From: Octopus vulgaris
Lineage: Eukaryota
NCBI GenBank assembly: GCA_951406725.2
Contig: OX597827.1
Span: forward strand, 13,206,001-13,270,000
Length of the DNA stretch: 64,000 bases
Direction of reading: 5' to 3'
Below are positions 28,705-42,213 of this stretch, piece by piece. A program made the position numbers and the translations under genes. Position 1 is the first letter of the stretch; each line of letters begins with the position of its first letter. The notes beneath the pieces are model-generated. The model saw only the letters and a program-made list of their open reading frames with translations, searched no databases and was not told where the DNA came from.

Positions 28705-29121
28705 TAGGAGTGGCTGTGTGGTAAGTAGCTTGCTTATCAACCACATGGTTCCGGGTTCAGTCCCACTGCATGGCACCTTGGGCAAGTGTCTTCTACTATA
28801 GCCTCGGGCCGACCAAGGCCTTGTGAGTAGATTTGGTAGATGGAAACTGAAAGAAGCCCGTCGTATGTATGTGTATATATATATATGTGTGTGCGTGTAT
28901 GTTTGTGTGTCTGTGTTTGTCCCCCTAGCATTGCTTGACAACTGATGCTAGTGTGTTTACGTCCCCGTCACTTAGCGGTTCGGCAAAAGAGACCGATAGA
29001 ATAAGTACTGGGCTTACAAAAGAATAAGTCCCAGGGTCGATTTGCTCGACTAAAGGCGGTGCTCCAGCATGGCCGCAGTCAAATGACTGAAACAAGTAAA
29101 AGAGTAAAAGAGTAAAAGAGT
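28705..29121 (+). mobile_element. SINE family A
   Basis: Full-length match with (AAAAGAGT)n tail. Confidence 0.9.
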
Positions 29122-29951
29122 AAGCAACCTTTGAATCACATCCTTAAATTGGATCCTTTTTTTACTCTAGAAATTTGGCCTCATTCACATACTTTTTATA
29201 GAACAATTTTGGTGAGAAATAGACCATCTCTTTTCTTAGTCTTTCCATGAATAGTATTCTCAAAATACGAAAGATTTCATGATTCATAAGCTTCTTTTAC
29301 TGAATCCTTTAATCTTTTCTGCCCACTACAAGGTAGAAATAGAAGCAGTGATTTGCTGTCTCTACTCCTGATTAGTATTAAAAGATCCAGCCACAACAGA
29401 ATAACTTGAGCTGAAAATCGCTTGTTATTCTATCCTGTGCATGAGATCAGTAGCATCTTTCCTAAAACAGCAACTGGATGTTCTGCATGAATCACTATTC
29501 CTGATTCTCAACTCCAGCTTGGACATCTTCATCCATCTCCGGTTGCCTTACCCATGTCCTGAAAGCTTATCTTGGGCAAAGAGAGCTCATTGCTACCATT
29601 GACAAGTGGTAAGTTCTCTAAAGGCATGGCTGTCTGGTAAAGAAGCTCACTTTGGAACAACATGGCACCTTGAACAAGTGTCTTTATTAGAGCCCTGTGA
29701 ATGAATTTAGTAAACAGAAAGTGTGTGGAAGCCCTTTGTAATGTATATGTGTGTGTATGTATATATATATATATATACACACATATATAATGATATAAAT
29801 AATATATAAATATATACATATGTACATACATATATGTACATACCTACATACATACACACACACACATATATATGTATAATGTGACCATGTGTGTACCGCT
29901 GGCGATTTCTTTTCCTCCATCTTCCCTTCTTTGGATCTTTCCTTTTCCTAT

Positions 29952-29986
29952 GTTTCTGATGAAGAGCTCCGCTCGAAACATTAAAT
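29952..29986 (+). ncRNA. minimal hammerhead ribozyme motif (P1, canonical core)
   Basis: GTTT-CTGATGA-A-GAGC-TCC-GCTC-GAAAC-ATT-AAAT. Confidence 0.65.
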
Positions 29987-30077
29987 CTTTCTTCTTTCCT
30001 GACCGTCCAATAATACTATACTTGTTGTACGTCCTCGCGTTGTTGCGTTTTCTCTTTGTGTTTTCATGTTTGGATTA

Positions 30078-30127
<50 letters not shown>

Positions 30128-30129
30128 CA

Positions 30130-30360
30130 TACATGCATATATGGGTACGAGACATCAAAAAAATGTTGAACACAATGAGAAATGAAAACATAAAAACAAA
30201 AACATAGAAACGAACTTTTATCCAAACAACAGAAAAAAACAGAGAAACGTGACCTACCACATAAAGAATATTCCCCTTCTTCAGTTGTCCCTGTTTCAAC
30301 TAGTCCACATTTCGAAGGCAAGGACATGATGCAACTTCATTGAAACAGTCCTTCCCGCAA
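30130..30360 (-). mobile_element. TA-flanked repeat family P2 (Penelope-like end, inferred)
   Basis: Diverged inverted copy at 48615-48900. Confidence 0.5.
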
Positions 30361-30377
30361 AGATATATATATACATA

Positions 30378-30504
30378 TATATATTATATGTAGAAAAATA
30401 CCAACTGGGACAAGAACGTAAAACATTTAGAAGACGATACAAAATCGTCTTCTAAATGTTTTACGTTCTTGTCCCAGTTTGTATTTTTCTACATATAATA
30501 TATA
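30378..30504. repeat. near-perfect inverted repeat, about 60-bp arms, 5-nt loop
   Basis: ...TTTAGAAGACGAT-ACAAA-ATCGTCTTCTAAA... Confidence 0.9.
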
Positions 30505-30543
30505 TAGCGGCGCCCGTACCCTCTTTGGCCTTATACATATATA

Positions 30544-30579
<36 letters not shown>

Positions 30580-31145
30580 TATAATATTTATACATATGCA
30601 TGCATACATACATATATACATATCTATATAATATATATACATATGCATACATATACATACAAATATATTTTATTTGTATGCACACACACACATATATATA
30701 TATAGTTCAAATTTACAGAAAACAAAAGACGAAGACAGGTGTAGGAACAACAAGTAAGTGTATTAGATTAAGGGGAAAAATATGGAGAGAGAATTAAAAA
30801 AAAACAGGGAGAAAATTTGTGCAGAGTTCAACGGTCCAATATGGCTAGATGACTGGAAAAAAAGAGGTTGAATGAAAGGGAGATAATAATAAATACGATA
30901 ATGGTGGCCCCAATGAACTAAGGTGTGCAAGCATGTGTGTGGATGTGAGAATGGTGTGTGTGAGTGTGTAAGTGTAATTGGGGGCGAATGAGTCTTATGT
31001 GTGTGTTGTGTGTAGTAGTTGATGTGTGCACATGCGTATGTGTGCGTGTGTTTGTGACAAGATGGAGTGCATGTGTGTAGTGTATGTTTGTGGGTAGAAG
31101 TTGTCTTTGTTTAAGTATGTTGCACGGGTTTATGTGTATGTATAT

Positions 31146-31460
31146 CATCATCATCATCATCATCATTTAGCGTCCGCTTTCCATGCTAGCATGGGTTGGA
31201 CGGTTCTGCTGGGGTCTGTGAAGCCAGAAGGCTTCATCAGGCCCAGTCAAATCTGGCAGTGTTTCTACGGCTGGATGCCCTTCCTAACGCCAACCACTCC
31301 GTGAGTGTAGTGGGTGCTTTTTACGTGCCACCCGCACTGGTGCCAGCCAGAGCTGGCAAACGGCCACGAACGGATGGTGTTTTTTATGTGCCACCGGCAC
31401 GAGGGCCAGGCGAGGCTGGCAACGAACACGAAACGGGGCGGTGCTGGCAACGGTCGCGAA
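31146..31460 (-). mobile_element. RTE-tail element
   Basis: (CAT)n tail and motifs shared with 13379-13868. Confidence 0.85.
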
Positions 31461-31732
31461 ATATATATATATATATATGTATATATGGCATTTTTTCCGA
31501 TGACCGGATAACTGATTAGATGGTGGTGTGGATTTCAACCTCGGCATCCGAAACTCGGAGTTTTATCATGGCTACCAAATAATTGTCACATATTATATTT
31601 ACAGATAAATTCCTCTATTTAAATAATATCGAAGTCTCTTTCATTCTTTTGTTGTCTTACCATTTTTCTCAATATATATATATATATATATATAGATGTA
31701 CATATGTATATATACATATATATATGTGTGTG

Positions 31733-31771
<39 letters not shown>

Positions 31772-32507
31772 ATATATATATGTATGTATATATATATATA
31801 TGTATATATGTATGTATAATGATATGTAAAAGTAAGATCCAAGAAACCAGGTATAGGAAGTTACCAAGCTTCGAACAATCTGTAGGAGGTATAAAGAACA
31901 ACTTTCAGGAACAACAGTGGTTTGTTGACATTGAAGGTTGTAAATTTTTCACACACACACACATGCATATATATAATATAGGCACACATTATATGTATGT
32001 CTGTGTGTGTGTATGTGTATACGTATATAGTTGTGTGTGTGTGTGTGTGTGTTTGTATTTGTGTTCTTGGTCCCATCACTTTACATCTTGTATTGACTTG
32101 CTTACATCGTTATAACTTAGCAGGCTGGGAAAACAAATGGTAGAATAAGAACCAGAGTTAAAACATAGGTACTGGTTTCAATTTTCCCAACTTAACCTAT
32201 CATAGTGGTGCCCCAGCTGTGCCACAGTTCAGTGACTGAAAGGAATAAAAAATAAAGTTATTCAAAGATCAAAGATTCAAGGTGCCACCTGATATATTTT
32301 GGGTCATAATTCTTTAATTCTGTTATTCTTTTACTTGTTTCAGTCATATGACTGCAGCCAATCAATCTCAGGATTTATTTTTTTAAGCCCAGTACTTATT
32401 CTATCGGTCTCTTTTGCTGAACCTCTAAGTTACAAGGACAAAACTTAGAGGTTTGTCAAGTGGTGGTGGGGGGTACAAACACAGACACAAAGACACACAG
32501 ATATATA

Positions 32508-32740
32508 TATTTCTTTACTGCTCACAAGGGGCTAAACATAGAGGGGAGAAACAAGGACAGACAAACTGATTAAGTCGATTACGTCAACATCAGTGCGAAA
32601 CTGGTACTTTATTTATCGACCTCGAAAGGATGAAAGGCAAAGTCGACCTCGGTGGAATTTGAACTCAGAACGTAACGACAGATGAAATACCGCTAAGCAT
32701 TTCGCCTGGCGCGCTAACGTATCTGCCAGCTCGCCGCCTT
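32508..32740 (-). mobile_element. SINE family B nested in a family A copy (32322-32940)
   Basis: Match to 22586-22818. Confidence 0.85.
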
Positions 32741-33126
32741 ATATATATAATATATATACATATATATAATATATATACACACAGATATATACATTTATAT
32801 ATGACAGCTTCCATCTACCACATCCACTCACAAGGCTTTCATCAGCCTGAGGTTTTTGTAGAAGACGATTGCCCAAGATGCCATGCAATGGGACTGAACA
32901 CAGAACCATGTGGCTGGCAAGCCAGCTTCTTACAACACGGCCAGGACTCTACCAATATATCTGATATATTTTTTTGGAGTTTCATGTTTTTGTTCCCTCA
33001 GCAGAAAATCTTCCTCAGCAAATTCCATCTGGCCCACGCAAGCTCGGAAAAGTAGCCATTATAACGATAATGTTTCTGTTACAAGAAGTTTTTTTGGCTC
33101 CTTCATCCTATTTCCCCCATATTAAT

Positions 33127-33355
33127 TTAACCCTTTTGCATTCAAACTGGCCATGTCCGGACCTAATCTTCTATATGTTTTATGATCAAACTGGTTAGAT
33201 CCAGCCTCTCATATCTGGTTGCCAATGTCATTCTAAAACTAAACAATCACATCATCGAAATCTCAAAGCTATGAGATTAATGCATGATGTCTTTAAAAGA
33301 ATCTCAATAAATAAGCATTACATTTGACAGATTAATCTGAATGCTAAACCAGTTA
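33127..33355. mobile_element. piggyBac-like MITE (decayed)
   Basis: Starts TTAACCCTTTTGCATTCA; far end TGAATGCTAAACCAGTTA is an imperfect inverted match. Confidence 0.45.
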
Positions 33356-33429
33356 TATAACAGAAATTTTCCAAAGCCTAAAAAAGTTCTTGTAATCTAT
33401 CAAATCCCAGAAATATATGCATACATGTC

Positions 33430-33533
33430 TGTCTGTATGTATGCATGTATGTATGTATGTATGTATGTATGTATGTATGTATGTATGTATGTATGTATGT
33501 ATGTATGTATGTATCTATGTATGTATGTATGTA

Positions 33534-33564
<31 letters not shown>

Positions 33565-33960
33565 ATGCATGCATGTATGTATGTATGTATGTATGTATGT
33601 ATGTAGGTGTGTATGTATGTATGTATGTATGTATGTATGTATGTATGTATGTAGGTATGTATGTATGCATGTATGTATTTATGTATGTATGTATGTATGT
33701 ATGCATGTATGTATTTATGTATGTATGTATGTATGAATGCATGCATGTATGTATGTATGTATGTATGCATGTATGTAAATGTATGTATGTATGTACGTAT
33801 GTAGGTATGTATGTATGCATGTATGTATGTATGTATGTATGTATGTATGCATGTATGCATGTATGTATGTATGTATGTATGTAGGTATGTATGTATGTAG
33901 GAATGTACGTATGTATGTATGTATGTATGTATGTATGTATGTATGTATGTATGTATGTAT
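33430..33960. repeat. (TATG)n microsatellite
   Basis: Direct reading. Confidence 0.97.
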
Positions 33961-34396
33961 GCCGTTGTTGAGTTTTATTTCAAGACTTTTTGCCAACAGA
34001 GTAGCAGCCAGTTCCTTACCTAAATCCAAGGCTCCTTCATTGGAATTTCAACATCAAACAACAGGGCTTTTTCGTTTGCATGTATGTATGTATGTATATG
34101 TGCATATTTGTATGTTTTGTTATATGTATATATTTTCATGCATATAGTTGCATATCTAGACATGCTCATATGTATTTAAATGATAAACTTCTTAAAACGT
34201 TCATACTGGAACCTCTGGTGTGAATGCCAAGCAGTACAGCATGTTGCTTCAAAATTTCTGGTGGAGTGAATTACATCATAGGACTGTTTTTCTCACAGAC
34301 AGTGCCCAACTGACCCTACTATATTGTGTAGTCAACAAAATCCAAAAAGTGCATGTTTGAAATTATGTATGTATATATGTATGTATGTATGTATGT

Positions 34397-34613
34397 ATTC
34401 TTTTATTCTTTTTTTTTTACTTGTTTCAGTCATTTGACTGCAGCCATGCTGGAGCACCGCCTTTAGTAGAGCAAATCGACCCCAAGACTTATTCTTTGTA
34501 AGCCCAATACTTATTCTATTGGTCTCTTTTTGCCGAACCGCTAAGTGATGGGGACGTAAACACACCAGCATCGGTTGTCAAGCAATGCTAGAGGGACAAA
34601 CACAGACACACAA

Positions 34614-34644
<31 letters not shown>

Positions 34645-34814
34645 CATATATACGACAGGCTTCTTTCAGTTTCCATCTACCAAATCCACTCACAAGGCAT
34701 TGGTCGGCCTGGGGCTATAGCAGAAGACGCTTACCCAAGATGCCACGCAGTGGGACTGAACCCGGAACCATGTGGTTGGTTAGCAAGCTACTTACCACAC
34801 AGCCACTCCTGCGC
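34397..34814 (-). mobile_element. SINE family A
   Basis: Full-length reverse match. Confidence 0.9.
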
Positions 34815-34861
34815 TTATGTATGTATGTATGCATGTATGTATGTGTGTGTGTGTGTGTGTG

Positions 34862-35187
34862 TGAAGGTGTTTGGCTTAGTGTTTAGGGCATTTGGCTCAC
34901 AATAATAAGGTTATGAGTTCAATTCCTGGTGATGCATTGTGTCCTTGAGCAAGACACTATATTTCACGTTGCTCAAGGACACTCAGCTGGCAAAAATGAG
35001 TTGTACCTGTATTTCAAAAGGCCAGCTTTGTCACACTCTGTCTTATGCTAAATCTCCCTGAGAACTACGTTGAGGGTACACATGTCTGTGGAGTGCTCAA
35101 CCACTTACATAATTTAAATCTATGCACAAACTGTTCCATTGAGCGTATCAGCCAGGACCCTCATCATCATAACTGACAGAGTGCTCC
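34862..35187 (+). mobile_element. tRNA-derived SINE related to family C
   Basis: GAGTTCAATTCC B-box; 3' half shared with 35821-36204. Confidence 0.75.
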
Positions 35188-35214
35188 TATCATGTGTGTG
35201 TATGTATGTATGTC

Positions 35215-35598
35215 TCTTTTACTCTTTTACTTGTTTCAGTCATTTGACCGTGGCCATGCTGGAGCACCACCTTTAGTCAAGCAAATCGACCCCAACTCTT
35301 GTTCTTTGTAAGCCTAGTACTTATTCTATTGGACTCTTTTGCCGAACCTCGAAGTTACGGGAACATAAGCACACAAGCATCGGTTGTCAAGCAATGCTAG
35401 GAGGCCAAATACAGACACACAAACACACACACACATATATATACATACATAAATATGATGGGCTTCTTTCAGTTTCCGTCTACCAAATCCACTCACAAGG
35501 TTTTGGTCGGCCTGAGGCTATAGTAGAAGACACTTGCCCAAGGTGCCACGCAGTGGGACTGAACCCAAAACCATGTGGTTTGTAAGCAAGCTACATAC
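35215..35598 (-). mobile_element. SINE family A
   Basis: Reverse match. Confidence 0.85.
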
Positions 35599-35820
35599 CA
35601 TATATATATATATATATATATATCATCATATCAAAGGGAAATGGAATTTAATTAAAATTAAAATAGTCAATCAAAATTTACATTTCCAGTGGTCTAACAT
35701 GCAAAAAAAATTAGTCAAGAAGACTATATATTAGTCATATGATATAGTGCGTATTTATACACGTAAGGAATACACTTAATGTGAATTCAGCTGTTCTTTC
35801 TAATGTGTAGAATTCACGTT

Positions 35821-36205
35821 GGGAGCACTCCGTCGATTACAACGACGAGGGTTCCGGTTGATCCGAATCAACGGAACAGCCTGCTCGTGAAATTAACGTG
35901 TAAGTGGCTGAGCACTCCACAGACACGTGTACCCTTAACGTAGTTCTCGGGGATATTCAGCGTGACACAGAGAGTGACAAGGCCGGCCCCTTCAAATACA
36001 GGTACAACAGAAACAGGAAGTAAGAGTGAGAGAAAGTTGTGGTGAAAGAGTACAGCAGGGATCACCACAATCCCCTGCCGGAGCCTCGTGGAGCTTTAGG
36101 TGTTTTCGCTCAATAAACACTCACAACGCCCAGTCTGGGAATCGAAACCGCAATCCTATGACCGCGAGTCCGCTGCCCTAACCACTGGGCCATTGCACCT
36201 CCACC
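35821..36205 (-). mobile_element. tRNA-derived SINE family C
   Basis: TSD GAATTCACGTT at 35810-35820 and 36206-36216; A and B boxes on the minus strand. Confidence 0.9.
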
Positions 36206-36259
36206 GAATTCACGTTAAGTGTATTCCTTATGTGTATAAATATGCACTATATCGTATGA

Positions 36260-36311
<52 letters not shown>

Positions 36312-37044
36312 TACTTAAGGGTGTGTGTGTATACATATTGTCTTTCTCACTCACAGTTTGACAACGGATGTTAAAGTATTTACATTTCCGTAACTTAGCA
36401 ATTTGGCGAAAAGTGGGAGACAGTAAGTACAAGATTTAAAACATTAAATAATGAGATGACAACTGGATTGACTAAACCCATCTTACATCCAATATGTGAT
36501 GCTCCAGCATGGCCGCAGTCCAACAACTGAAAATTCAGTGAAAAGATGAATGAATATTTGAATATGTCAGAGCTGCTGAAAAGAAACTATGTCTGGTGGG
36601 GAGAAAAAAAAATACAAATTGAAATTCAAGTTACAGCTCTTGGGAGTGCAGAAGAGAGGAACAAGTATGATATTAATAATGGATGCGAGTACTAGACTGA
36701 ATTCTTAAAAGATTCCATTTTATCTCAAACAACTACAAATACAAAACAAGCATTAATGCCATGCACCACCAAAAATCTGCATTGCACCGGACTGTTAAGA
36801 TCTTAAGGAAAGTGCTTTCTGTCTGAAGGCTTCAGATCCAACTTGATGGGAAATAATAAAGACTTCAATTTCCCTTTCCCATTAGTCAACAATTCTACCC
36901 TGTGTGTTTGCAAATATGCACAAACAACAGACAACAATAACTACTACTACTACTGCTATTACTACTACTACTAACACCACCATCAACAACACCAACACCA
37001 CTATCAACACCACCACCAACACCACGGCTATAGCTATTATCAAT

Positions 37045-37265
37045 AATAATCCTTTCTACTATAGGCACAAGTCCTGAAATTTAGATGGAAGGGACTGGTT
37101 GATTACATCGACCCCAGTGTTTTACTGGTACTTAATTTATCGACCCCCGAAGGGATGAAAGTCAAAGACGACTTCGGTGGAATCTGAACTCAGAACGTTG
37201 CACCAGATGAAATACTACTAAGCTTGTCGCCCAGCATGCTAATAATTCTGCCAGCTCGCTACCTT
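37045..37265 (-). mobile_element. SINE family B variant
   Basis: Shares the ATCGACCCC...GGATGAAAG...GAACTCAGAACG body. Confidence 0.8.
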
Positions 37266-37743
37266 CAATAATAATAATAATAATTAAAAATAATAATAAT
37301 GATAAAAATAATAATAACGATGATGATGATGATTTCGAATTTTCGTACAAGACCAGCAAGTTCAGGGTAGGGGCTAAGTCAAATACATTGATCCAGTGCT
37401 CAACTGGTACTTGTTTTATTGACCCTGAAAGAATGAAAGGTAAAGTCAACCACGGCAGAATTTGAACCCAGAACATAAAGACAGATGAAATGCCACTAAG
37501 CATTTTGCTCAACATACCAATCCTTCTGCTAATCCTTTCTACTATGGACAAAAGGCCTGAGATTTTGAGAAAGTTGGATAGTTGATTAGATCAACAGTCT
37601 GGAAAACGATGGAAAACTGAACTGACAACAGGGAATCAGGTATTTGAAGAAGTGAAAATTCCTATTGATCTTTATGCTGGGAATACACTATCCCACCTAC
37701 AGTTGGAACATTCCTCTCCTAATTTTCACTTCTTCAAATACCT

Positions 37744-37971
37744 ATTTCTTTATTACCCACAAGGGGCTAAACACAGAGCGGACAAACAAGGACAGACATA
37801 GGTATTAAGTCGATTACTTCGACCCCAGTGCGTAACTGGTACTTAATTTATCGACCCCGAAAGGATGAAAGGCAAAGTCGACCTCGGCGGAATTTGAACT
37901 CACAACGTAATGCAGACGAAATACCACTAAGCATTTCGCCCGGCATGCTAACGATTCTGCCAGCTCGCCGC
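37744..37971 (-). mobile_element. SINE family B
   Basis: 15-bp TSD CTTCTTCAAATACCT at 37729-37743 and 37972-37986. Confidence 0.9.
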
Positions 37972-38585
37972 CTTCTTCAAATACCTGAGTCCCTGTTGTC
38001 AGTTCAGTTTTCCATCGTTTTCCAGACTGTTGATCTAATCAACTATCCAACTTTCTCAAAATCTCAGGCCTTATGTCCATAGTAGAAAGGATTAGCAGAA
38101 GGATTGGTATGTTGAGCAAAATGCTTAGTGGCATTTCATCTGTCTTTATGTTCCGAGTTCAAAATTCTGCCGTGGTTGACTTTACCTTTCATTCTTTCAG
38201 GGTCAATAAAACAAGTACCAGTTGAGCACTGGGGTCAATGTAATTGACTTAGCCCCTACCCTGAACTTGCTGGCCTTGTACCAAAATTCGAAATCATTAT
38301 CATCCCATGAGTGAAATACTACTGAAGACAAAGTAGAGCTATGATCTGGGTAGTATTAAAGGAAAGCTTAATTAATTGCTATTCGTGAATGATTTGAAAG
38401 ATTTCTCAGAAAGTGAGACAGAACTGAATGGTCTAGAGCAGTCTGTGCGGATTTTCTGAGATGATATCAAGATGGAATTCGGTCTTTGAAAATGTGTTGT
38501 GATGGTCATAAGACAAGGAAAGTTTGTCAGAACAGAAGGTAGATGTATGGCAAGTGGTTAAATTATGAAGGTAATTGAACCTGAA

Positions 38586-38941
38586 TCATCATCGTTTAGC
38601 ATCCGCTTTCCATGCTGGCATGGGTTGGACGGTGCAACTGGGGTCTGGGAAGCCAGAAGGCTGCACCGGGCCCAGTCTGATCTGGCAATGTTTCTATGGC
38701 TGGATGCCCTTCCTAACGCCAACCACTCCATGAGTGTAGTGGGTGCTTTTTACGTACCACCGGCACAGGTGCCAGATGAGGCTGGCAAACGGCCACGATC
38801 GGATGGTGCTTTTTACGTACCACTGGCACGGAGGCCAAGCGAGGCTGGCAAATGGCCACGATCGGATGGGATTGGATGGTGCTTTTTACAGCAATGGCCA
38901 CGATTGGATGGTGCTTTTTACACGATCAGATGGTGCTTTTT
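38586..38941 (-). mobile_element. RTE-tail element inserted in the R4/Dong relic
   Basis: (CAT)n tail and shared motifs. Confidence 0.85.
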
Positions 38942-40334
38942 CTAGATATAAATACCTGGGAGTACTTGAGGCAGATAGAATTAAGCAGAATGATTTAGAA
39001 AAGACAACAAAAGAATATCTGCTGTGTTTGAGAAAAATACTGAATTCAAAGTTGAATGCCAGAAACAATATTTTGGCAATAAATGTGCACACAGTTGCAG
39101 AGGTTCAGTATGGCACTGGAATTCTGAAGTGGACAGATGGACAGGAAGACAAAAAAAAAATCTCCTCAAAATGAATGGGACCCTGATTTCTTTTGCATGA
39201 AGAGAGCAAATGGAGGTAACTATCCAACAGTAAGGAAAATTTGTTAGGGGCAGTTAAGAGATGAGGGCATTTTGAAATTTGAGAGAAAGAAGAGAAGAAA
39301 ACAAGAAGTACAAGGACATGAGGAAGCACTACACAACATGGGATTATACAATCAATTCCATGTAACCACAACTGAAGGTTTTGAAAAACAAAAATGGGAC
39401 TGGTTGAAGAAGGGAACACTGAAAACAAAAAAAAAGACCAAGAGCACAATACTAGTAGCACAAGACCAAGTTTTGGTGACAAATTTAAGGGTTACCCTTA
39501 GGAATGAGTATGTGTCATCACTGTGCCGAATCTATAATAGAGTTGATAAAACCATTGCCCATATCATGTATGAATGTCCTAAACTTGCCTAAAACCAATA
39601 AAAGTTATGGTGACACAATGAAGTAACAAAAGCAATACATTAGAAACTTCGTGGAAAGTGGGGTTTAGAGAGAGGCAAGATGTGATATGAACACAAACCA
39701 CTGGGAGTGGAGGAGTCAGAGACTTGTAAAATCTTGTGGGATATCCCAGCCCAAACAGAACAGGTGCTTGAGCCAGACCTAATGAACAACCTGAGTTCAA
39801 TTCAGATAGAGTGCAACTAGAGTCACATTATCTATTGTTACTTTTTGTAAGAGGTTAAGGTGTGGTGTGAAGGGGATTTGGTTACTAGTTCTAGCAGGTT
39901 AAATGACCACCCAAATATTCCCTCATTAGCTTCTTGGCATTTCTGTTTGTTGTGTAGTCATCAATGTATTTACTTAGGTATCCACAGCCCTGTTATTGTC
40001 TGATGATGTGGCTATCGAAGAGGCTTTGATTAAAGATGCATTTTGATAGCTTTTGCAGAGATTGACTATAGAAGCCATAATCTTATGCTTAATCTCAGTA
40101 GATTTGGTTTATATCGACACAATATGACCGAATGCTTAAGAAGTTCACTTTGCAATCATGAAATCTTAGGTTCAATCTTACTGTCTCCTTCAGCAAATAT
40201 CCTTTATTATAACATTTGCTGAAGCCAAGGTTTGTCAGTTAAATTAGGTTGATGGAAACTGTGAGGAATCCTTTCAGACATATTGTACTTGTAGTCTAAT
40301 GGTCCAACCATATCACGTTGAGTCATACAGATTC

Positions 40335-40736
40335 CATCTGCGTCCCCAAAGTCCATCCCCTCCTCACCGTGGTGGGGATGCTGGCAACGGGTAGTGCCAG
40401 AGCTATGCCGTCGGGAACTTCGGTTGCTGGTAGGGCCACCCAAGGTGGATTGGTCTGACACCGAGTGGTTTTAGGGCCACAACCTGGCAGACGGGGCTCT
40501 GGTGAAAATCCTCAGAGTGTCTGCTTCGGCAACCGGCGGCTCCTCGGTCATTCTGTCCCTGTGTCTGCGGACAATCTGCGGCAAACAGGATGTCTCTACA
40601 TGTGGAATTGTTGGGGACCGCTTGCGAAATTCATATTTCCCACGAAACTTCTTCCACTGACATGGTTCAAGGGTGGTAGAAGAAGCTGACTCAGCCCGCC
40701 CAGGGTGAATGCCGCCACGAGTACAAGTACAAGTAT
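40335..40736 (+). mobile_element. GC-rich non-autonomous retroelement with (AGTACA)n tail
   Basis: Second copy inverted at 50405-50750; 5' part (AGCTATGCCG...AGGGCCACCCAAG) resembles RTE 5' UTRs as I recall them. Confidence 0.65.
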
Positions 40737-41356
40737 ACTGATTCCATCTGAGATATACATTAAGAGAATACATATCACTGACAATTATATTAAGTGAATA
40801 TTTTTCCCCTTATATGCAAATTCAATAAACAGGTGGATCAGTTGACCATATAACTGAATACTTGATTGTCAAAACCGAAAGAGCTCCATTTGCTTTTAAT
40901 AGTGTTATATAGATGAGATATAAGTATCACCAATGGCCAGATGTTAATCTATCTCAAGTAACATTCCCGGATGACATTTTAACAGTTATGGTAGCTGAAG
41001 CATGTTACACATAAACATACATAAATACATACATGCATACATACATACATACACACATACATACATACATACATACATACATACATACATGCATGCATGC
41101 ATACATACATATATACATACATACATACATACATACATAAATGCATGCATACATATATACATACACATGCACATACATAAATGCAAGCAAAGTGGAAAAA
41201 ATATTACTCAAAGATAGAGAAATATGCTTTTTATCAAAACTGCAAAAATTCTCACAAACTGTTACTCAGAGTTTCACAGTTATGATCACACCTGTCTGAC
41301 GAATGGTAAAGAAGGGTGTGTATATATATATATATATGTGTATATATATATGTATA

Positions 41357-41398
<42 letters not shown>

Positions 41399-41413
41399 AG
41401 GTATATATATAAA

Positions 41414-41567
41414 GGCGTGGCTGTGTGGTAAGAAGCTTGCTTCCCAACCAAATGATTCCAGTTTCAGTCCCACTGCATGACACCTTGAGCAAGAGCCTTC
41501 TACTATATCCTTGGGTCGACCAAAGGCTTGTGATTGGGTTTGGTAGGCAAAAACTGAAAGAAGCCCG

Positions 41568-41628
<61 letters not shown>

Positions 41629-41800
41629 TGTGTTTGTGTGTCTGTGTTTGTCCCCCACCACCACCAACTGATGTTGGTATGACCGATAGAATAAGTACTA
41701 GACTTCCAAAGAGTAAGTCCTGGGGTCAGTTTGTTTGATAAAAATGGTGCTCCAGCATGGCTGCATTCAAATGACTGAAACAAATAAAAGAATAAAAGAA
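41414..41800 (+). mobile_element. SINE family A
   Basis: Diverged match. Confidence 0.85.
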
Positions 41801-42168
41801 GGAAAGAATATTCATCATCTCAAAGTCTCTTTTTGTTTTTCTTTCATTTCGCATGTATACACATATCCAAATTTTGTATTTCATACCCAAACTATTATAT
41901 TTAATATATTTAATATATTTGTTGTTTCTAATTTGTTTATCCACATAATTGCCTCTATACATGTTCAAATGGATCCTACATATAGCCTTTCTTTATCTTG
42001 TCGAATCGATCCCCTGTAAAGACATTGGAGTCCAAGTTTGAATCTTTTAAGCACTACTAAGTGTTTTCTTTGAGAAGAATCTCTAGATCTCATCTGTGAG
42101 AAAGAAATATATAAATATATATAGGATCATTTATAAAAAACATAAATCCAACAGAAGAAACATGCTCC

Positions 42169-42207
<39 letters not shown>

Positions 42208-42213
42208 ACTTTA

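Larger units (their letters stand above)
37590..39790 (+). pseudogene. decayed R4/Dong-like non-LTR retrotransposon (RT to Zn knuckle/REL region), interrupted
   Basis: Frame-broken motifs WKTELTTG..EVKI, LLFVNDLK (FMDD-like), IKMEFGL*KC, YKYLGVLE, ILNSKLNARNNILAIN, AQDQVL, CRI..TIAHIMYECPKLA and KILWD. Confidence 0.8.

Noticed and set aside
31497-31562. Hammerhead-like CCGATGA...GAAACTCGGAGTT
   Set aside because: Stems II and III are plausible but stem I does not pair, so it is not called as a feature.
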